A stretch of DNA of 63,800 bases, filler included, from Octopus bimaculoides (Eukaryota): NCBI RefSeq assembly GCF_001194135.2. It is 5 parts of 5 records of this genome, joined end to end, with 100 filler letters (N's around TTAATTAATTAA, not from the genome) between each part and the next. Parts side by side here need not be neighbours in the genome. Positions count along the whole stretch, not along the records: positions 56,652 to 63,800 come from NC_068985.1; 4 more parts are not named here. The stretch is one strand, 5' to 3'. Positions 58,481-63,800 of this stretch are shown here, piece after piece. Under the pieces are notes generated by a model. It was not told where the DNA came from and searched no databases. It saw only the letters and a list, made by a program, of their open reading frames with translations. The position numbers were made by a program, and so were the translations under genes. How positions within the stretch are numbered: the stretch's first letter is position 1; every line of letters begins with the position of its first letter.

Positions 58481-59893
58481 ATGTTTATGTTGTGCTTTCA
58501 TCGAAAGAGAACCTCGTGAGGCTCAACTTCTGTGTGTAAGTGTGTATGTGTAGATGAATGTGTTTGTATATATGTATATGTGTGTGTGTATATATGAGGT
58601 GAGAATTCTGTTTATTTATATATATTTTTGGGACAATACTGTGCTGATGAACGAAATCTAGATTCATTCTAGTAATCGCGAAATCGGCCGATACACAGTT
58701 AAGTTTATTTAAAAGAAAGTTGGTCGTCTTCTGTTGGTTGTTTTTCCTCGCATTAGGTACTAAATTGTGGTTATTTTGAGAAGTCCACTGTGTGGCGTTA
58801 TTATTTTCTGTAATAATGCCCTTTATATAAATATAAACGAATAATTATATTCTTGGGAATAGAAATTTCCCTTATGAATTTTTTTACACACTGGCTTCTT
58901 GATAAAATTCTTGTAAAAGAGTTTTATCCCCTTTTGAATTCATATATATATATATATATATATATATTCTTTTATTCTTTCACTTGTTTTAGTCACTTGA
59001 CTGCGGCCATGCTGGGGCACCGCCTTAAAGGGTTTTAGTCGAAGAAATCGACCCCAGAAATTATTATTTGTAAGCCTAGTACTTATTCTATCGGTCACTT
59101 TTGTCGAACCGCTAAGTTACGGGGGCATAAACACACCACCATCGGATGTCAAGTGGGGGTGAAAAACACACACACACACACACACACACATAAATATATA
59201 CATATATACATTATACGACGGATTCCTTTCAGCTTCCGTCTACCCAATTCACTCACATGGCTTTGGTCAGCCCGAGATTATAATAGAAGACACTAGCCCA
59301 AGGTGTCACACAGTGGGACTGAACCTGAAACCATATGGTTTGGAAGCAAGCTTTTTACCACACAGTCATGCCTGCGCCTAAAATATATCTATGTATATGG
59401 AGAGTGAGAGGAAGAGAGACGGGCACATGCATAAATCCACAAATTTCAGCCGCAGGCGTCTTATTCACTTTCAATATAGATGTAATTTAACACGAATATT
59501 CTATACTTACTATAATAAACCTATAATAACTTCATCAACATTTCAATTTAGTCTTCCAAGTTTAAATGTTTCTAAATACTAGTTTCAAATTGCTAAGCAG
59601 TCAGAGAAGAGTTGTTGATTACCTAACAAAATTCCTTGCGGTATTTAATGCAATATAGTTTCAGGGTGAAATCCGAGAACTCAGTTTCGTAATGATGTCA
59701 GTTTAAGTCTTCCTTACATGGCTTCGAATCAAGTCAAATCAACTTGGGAATTTTTTCCCACCCTTGAAGAGTTCTTTTCTGGGTCAGAAGCACTGTGAAT
59801 TCAGTGGAAGACACTCAACTGTCTGAGAACTAAAACGGGACGATCTCAAAATTTGTTTTGGTTATATGGGGCTGCAAGACCGGCCCAATCACC

Positions 59894-60113
59894 TACGAGG
59901 GGGTGTTAAAAGTTTCTGGCTTTAAGGGTATCGCGAAAGACCTGGTTAGAGGCCCAAATTTCCGAATTCTTTTACAAGGATTAGAAAAACTGAAGGGCCG
60001 CTGCAATAACTGTGTGAATCTGCGAGGGGAATATTTTGAATAAAACCTTAATTAACTGATCCTTCTGTATTTTCTTTTACCCCAAACCAGGAACTTTTCA
60101 GCACCCTCTCGTA
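59894..60113. mobile_element. Mariner-derived MITE (220 bp)
   Basis: TIRs tacgagggggtgttaaaagtttctgg / ccaggaacttttcagcaccctctcgta with TA ends; the interior encodes the mariner C-terminus GLEKLKGRCNNCVNLRGEYFE. Confidence 0.85.
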
Positions 60114-61346
60114 CGAATGTGGAGAAACAGATTATGCTATGAAGCGCTGCCTTGTTTGCCCTGTGCTACAAAACCGTGCGACTCAAAAGACCTGGGTAAA
60201 GATCTGTGTAAAGAAATGGGAGATAATCAGGTGCATACGTGACTGTGTGTTAAGATGTTCACCTCACAACNNNNNNNNNNNNNNNNNNNNNNNNNNNNNN
60301 NNNNNNNNNNNNNNNNNNNNNNNNNNNNNNNNNNNNNNNNNNNNNNNNNNNNNNNNNNNNNNNNNNNNNNNNNNNNNNNNNNNNNNNNNNNNNNNNNNNN
60401 NNNNNNNNNNNNNNNNNNNNNNNNNNNNNNNNNNNNNNNNNNNNNNNNNNNNNNNNNNNNNNNNNNNNNNNNNNNNNNNNNNNNNNNNNNNNNNNNNNNN
60501 NNNNNNNNNNNNNNNNNNNNNNNNNNNNNNNNNNNNNNNNNNNNNNNNNNNNNNNNNNNNNNNNNNNNNNNNNNNNNNNNNNNNNNNNNNNNNNNNNNNN
60601 NNNNNNNNNNNNNNNNNNNNNNNNNNNNNNNNCCCTTCAAATTGGTAACTCCCCACCACCCAGCAAGACTGCAAGTGAAAGTTAAAAACTATTAAACTTC
60701 GAGGAAGTGAAAGAAGATACAAGTAATCCTTTGTACTATAAGCACAAGGCCTGAAGTTTGGGGGAAGGGGTTAAGTCGATTACATTGACCCCAGTACTCA
60801 TCGACCCCGAAAGAATGAAAGGCAGAGTCGACCCCGGCAGAATTTGAACTCAGAACGTAGCGGCAGACGAAATACCGCTAAGCATTTCACCCAGCGTGCC
60901 AACGATTCTGTCAGCTCGCCAACCTGGAGAAGGTACAAATAATGTTAAGCTTTCAGGCAGGTCAAAGGTGTTGGTAACAGAATACATTCAAGTACTTAGT
61001 TATTGCCTGTTACGTTCTGAATTCAGACTCTGACGTGAATTACGAATTTATTTATACATCAACGCTTGTTTGCAATTAGTTTCTTGTCAAATTAATTAAA
61101 CTGTTCCAATAAAAATGTGTGACCTTGAGCTAATGTTAGAAATCATTAGATGCAATTAATTTTTGTTTTTATCTAATTCCACTCTGCATAATTAATTAGT
61201 AATATTACTAAAAGAACGGCTTAGTTCTATAGTTAATTTGAATCTGTTCAACTTTAAGGCATGTATAGATGTGCGTGTATGTTTATATGTATCTATATAA
61301 GTGTGTATGTGTATATTTAAACGTGTGCCAGTATGCGTGAGTGTGA

Positions 61347-61407
<61 letters not shown>

Positions 61408-61489
61408 GCTGTGGTGAAAAAAATACTTTTTCTCAGAATATTTTGCACAATATGCATGTAGTTGCATATGTAGACATGCTCATATATAT

Positions 61490-61805
61490 TTAAATGATAA
61501 ACTTCTGGGAAGTTTTACAGTGACGGCTTAGATCTGTAGTTTTCGAATCAGTTTTCTCCTTTCTGGTTTTGAGAAGCCTAATTTCTCAAGATTGTTATTC
61601 AGGTAGTGTGTTACATATTCAAGTGCCCCCCAATATTTACAGATTTAAACCTGAACTTATAATCTGAATAGAGTACCTGTAGATTCCTCAATAGTTCAGC
61701 ATAGGTATTTTCTTTTTCGCTGATCTTTAGCTTTATGTTAACATCCTCTGAGCAACTGATTTCCATAACTGTACTCTGCTTCTCTTCTCTATCCGAAATT
61801 ACCAT
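61490..61805 (-). mobile_element. Dong/R4-like LINE 3' fragment (endonuclease region) in an EGF-gene intron
   Basis: DREEKQSTVMEISCSEDVNIKLKISEKENTYAELLRNLQVLY...IG(G)AL fits the restriction-like endonuclease tail. Confidence 0.7.
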
Positions 61806-61854
61806 GTATGTATGTATGTATGTTGTGTTGCTTCAATAAGTTTGAATTATATAC

Positions 61855-61977
61855 CTTTACAGGTCCGCTTGTCAGTTTCCAAGAAATATCCCGATTGGCA
61901 TTTACAGATGTACGACCCTTTTGTGTTTATACAGATATGAAGGCAACCGCCTTTGCCATCATCACATTCGTTGACGT
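61855..61977 (-). CDS. Calcium-binding EGF-like exon (123 nt, phase 1-1)
   Basis: ttctttcttaacatgaag|ACGTCAAC...AAAG|GTATAT; DVNECDDGKGGCLHICINTKGSYICKCQSGYFLETDKRTCK. Confidence 0.92.
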
Positions 61978-62277
61978 CTTCATGTTAAGAAAGAATAAAG
62001 GAATAGTGGAATAGATGAATGACGGAATGATACGGAAATGAGATTCAAAAGAAATCATTAAAAAACAGAGAGAATAACAATATTATTATTAAGTAGAAAT
62101 ATAAGAAAACATTAGAATAACAAAATTTAACTGATATCAGAATAAAGGAATATCAGTATAGAAGTTATAGGAATACAGAATGAAGAAGTGAAAAAAAAGA
62201 AGTCACGTGATTGAAAACTGTTGCAATACGCGAAAAAATTTCGAAAGAAAGTGATCCACCGTCTCAAGGAGAAACAG

Positions 62278-62336
<59 letters not shown>

Positions 62337-62857
62337 GGTGGTGGTGCAATGATGTTATCCTAAGCTCTAAGCGCACGGGAAAGTTATGGGCTTAATTTCT
62401 CCCCGTGTTTTAGCCATAAAAATGGTTATCCACTTCAAACTTCCATTTCGAAAGAGATGGATAAAAAATAACATTGAATAAACCATCTTAAGTGAGAAAA
62501 TTATAAATCTTAGTGTAAAATAGAATTTACGAATATAATTTTAAGAAAGTTAAACACGGAAGAATATAAAAGGGAAAATGAAAATAAATATATTAATTTT
62601 AGAAGAGAAAATGTGAACAAAACAAAGATCAAAAGAAAATATGTGTTGTAATCCCGTGTAAAGTATGTGGGTGATAAAAGTGGTAAAACCTCCATATAAT
62701 AGCGATTTCGATCTAACTGAGTTTCATCAGATTTGATATCGTTAAAAGCAAGTACAAATCATTCCGTTCAAATAAAACATTTGATGACGTACTGTTTGTA
62801 GATTACCAAATGACCGATTCTGCATAATTACCTATATTCAGACGGCGACAATTTATA

Positions 62858-63300
62858 GATGGTGGTATCAAAAAGTTCCCGGACTAGTTTTGTAGCGCAC
62901 CAACAGATGACAGCACAAGGTTGCATGCACAGTGAGAGCTAGTAGTGACCTTTGTGAGACAGTGTACCGAATGTTTACTTCACAACTTGTGATCACGTGT
63001 ATACAGTAGTCTGCGATTTTTATAATAGACAGGAAGTTGGAACAGAAGGTCGACGAAAAATTTTGCGTTAAACTTGGGCAGTCTGCTACAAAGACATTGG
63101 GCATGCTTCGGTAAGCTTACGATGACGAGGCAATGGGTCGTGCGCAATGTCTCGAGTGGCACAGGTGCACGAAATGGCCGTAGCTCAACCAAGAGCATGC
63201 TCGTCGGTTTATCCGACATCCGCGATATTTTGCATAAAGAATTCGTCTCCTACGGTCAGACTGTCAACCGAGAGTTGCTCTACGACATTTTTAAGCGTTT
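62858..63300 (+). mobile_element. Mariner internal-deletion derivative
   Basis: TIR-like ggtggtatcaaaaagttcccggac; FCVKLGQSATKTLGMLR*AYDDEAM fused to KSMLVG..DIRDILHKEFV..GQTVN. Confidence 0.75.
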
Positions 63301-63528
63301 AGATAATTACGTATTTAACATAATTAAACTATTTATTTAAATGTAACGAGTTACTCAGTTGGTCACAAAAGATGCATATGCGTGTGTATGCATGTATATA
63401 TGCATGTGTTTGCATGTATGTATACGAGCATGTATGTATCTGTGAATGTGTGTGGCTATATGAATGTTTGCCTGTCTGCATGTACGTGTGCATGCGTAGT
63501 GGATGTCGTTAAAATAAAGGAGACTCAC

Positions 63529-63651
63529 CTGCGCATGTCTTCTTGTCTTTATTAAGAACGTACCCTTTCCGACACGAACATACGACGTTGCCATGTACGT
63601 TTGTACACACATGTTCACACCCACCGTTGGCTATTACACACTCGTTGATGT
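63529..63651 (-). CDS. Calcium-binding EGF-like exon (123 nt, phase 1-1)
   Basis: tttgatcag|ACATCAAC...GCAG|GTGAGT; DINECVIANGGCEHVCTNVHGNVVCSCRKGYVLNKDKKTCA; six Cys and the D-I-N-E-C consensus. Not in the ORF track. Confidence 0.92.
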
Positions 63652-63800
63652 CTGATCAAATATAGTAATTGTAAAGGTGTGAAAGAATAATTGGTAGAAA
63701 GGAGCAGGAGGAGGAGGAGGAGGAGGAGGAGGAGGAGAAGAAGAAGAAGAAGAAGAAGAAGAAGAAGAAGAAGAAGAAGAAGAAGAAGAAGAAGAAGAAA

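Noticed and set aside
58641-58670. ctgatga-ac-gaaa-tctagat-t, a fourth hammerhead-like core
   Set aside because: Only 2 nt between the core halves (no stem II) and stem I is 3 bp at most; insufficient without a family consensus.

Overview
AT-rich, microsatellite- and gap-rich animal genomic DNA. The SINE/LINE families present point to an octopus genome; the species is inferred, not verified. Three minus-strand protein-coding units are supported. (1) The 5' part of an anoctamin/TMEM16 gene: 7 phase-consistent GT-AG exons, join 15392-15772, 14269-14344, 13032-13132, 11935-12031, 9437-9776, 2233-2286, 645-739, continuing off the left edge. (2) An uninterrupted 701-codon acidic, repeat-built ORF (ATG 52202 to stop 50097). 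It has a CRE+CCAAT pair just upstream and AATAAA just downstream, and encodes 10 x 28-aa DDIYSQ repeats, one LxxIxE (PP2A-B56-type) motif and four tandem RVxF (PP1-type) motifs. (3) Three phase-1 calcium-binding EGF exons (63529-63651, 61855-61977, 56993-57112) of a gene entering from the right edge. The rest is transposon debris: Chapaev3, mariner, Dong/R4, RTE, CR1, Penelope-like, Helitron-like and tRNA-derived SINEs. The most interesting items are the candidate multivalent phosphatase-scaffold ORF, several hammerhead-ribozyme-like motifs inside inverted or permuted repeats, a Cys-free TM1-TM2 loop in the anoctamin, and a sharp CpG-decay boundary near 27 kb. All calls were made by eye without database searches; small coordinate errors are possible at repeat edges.
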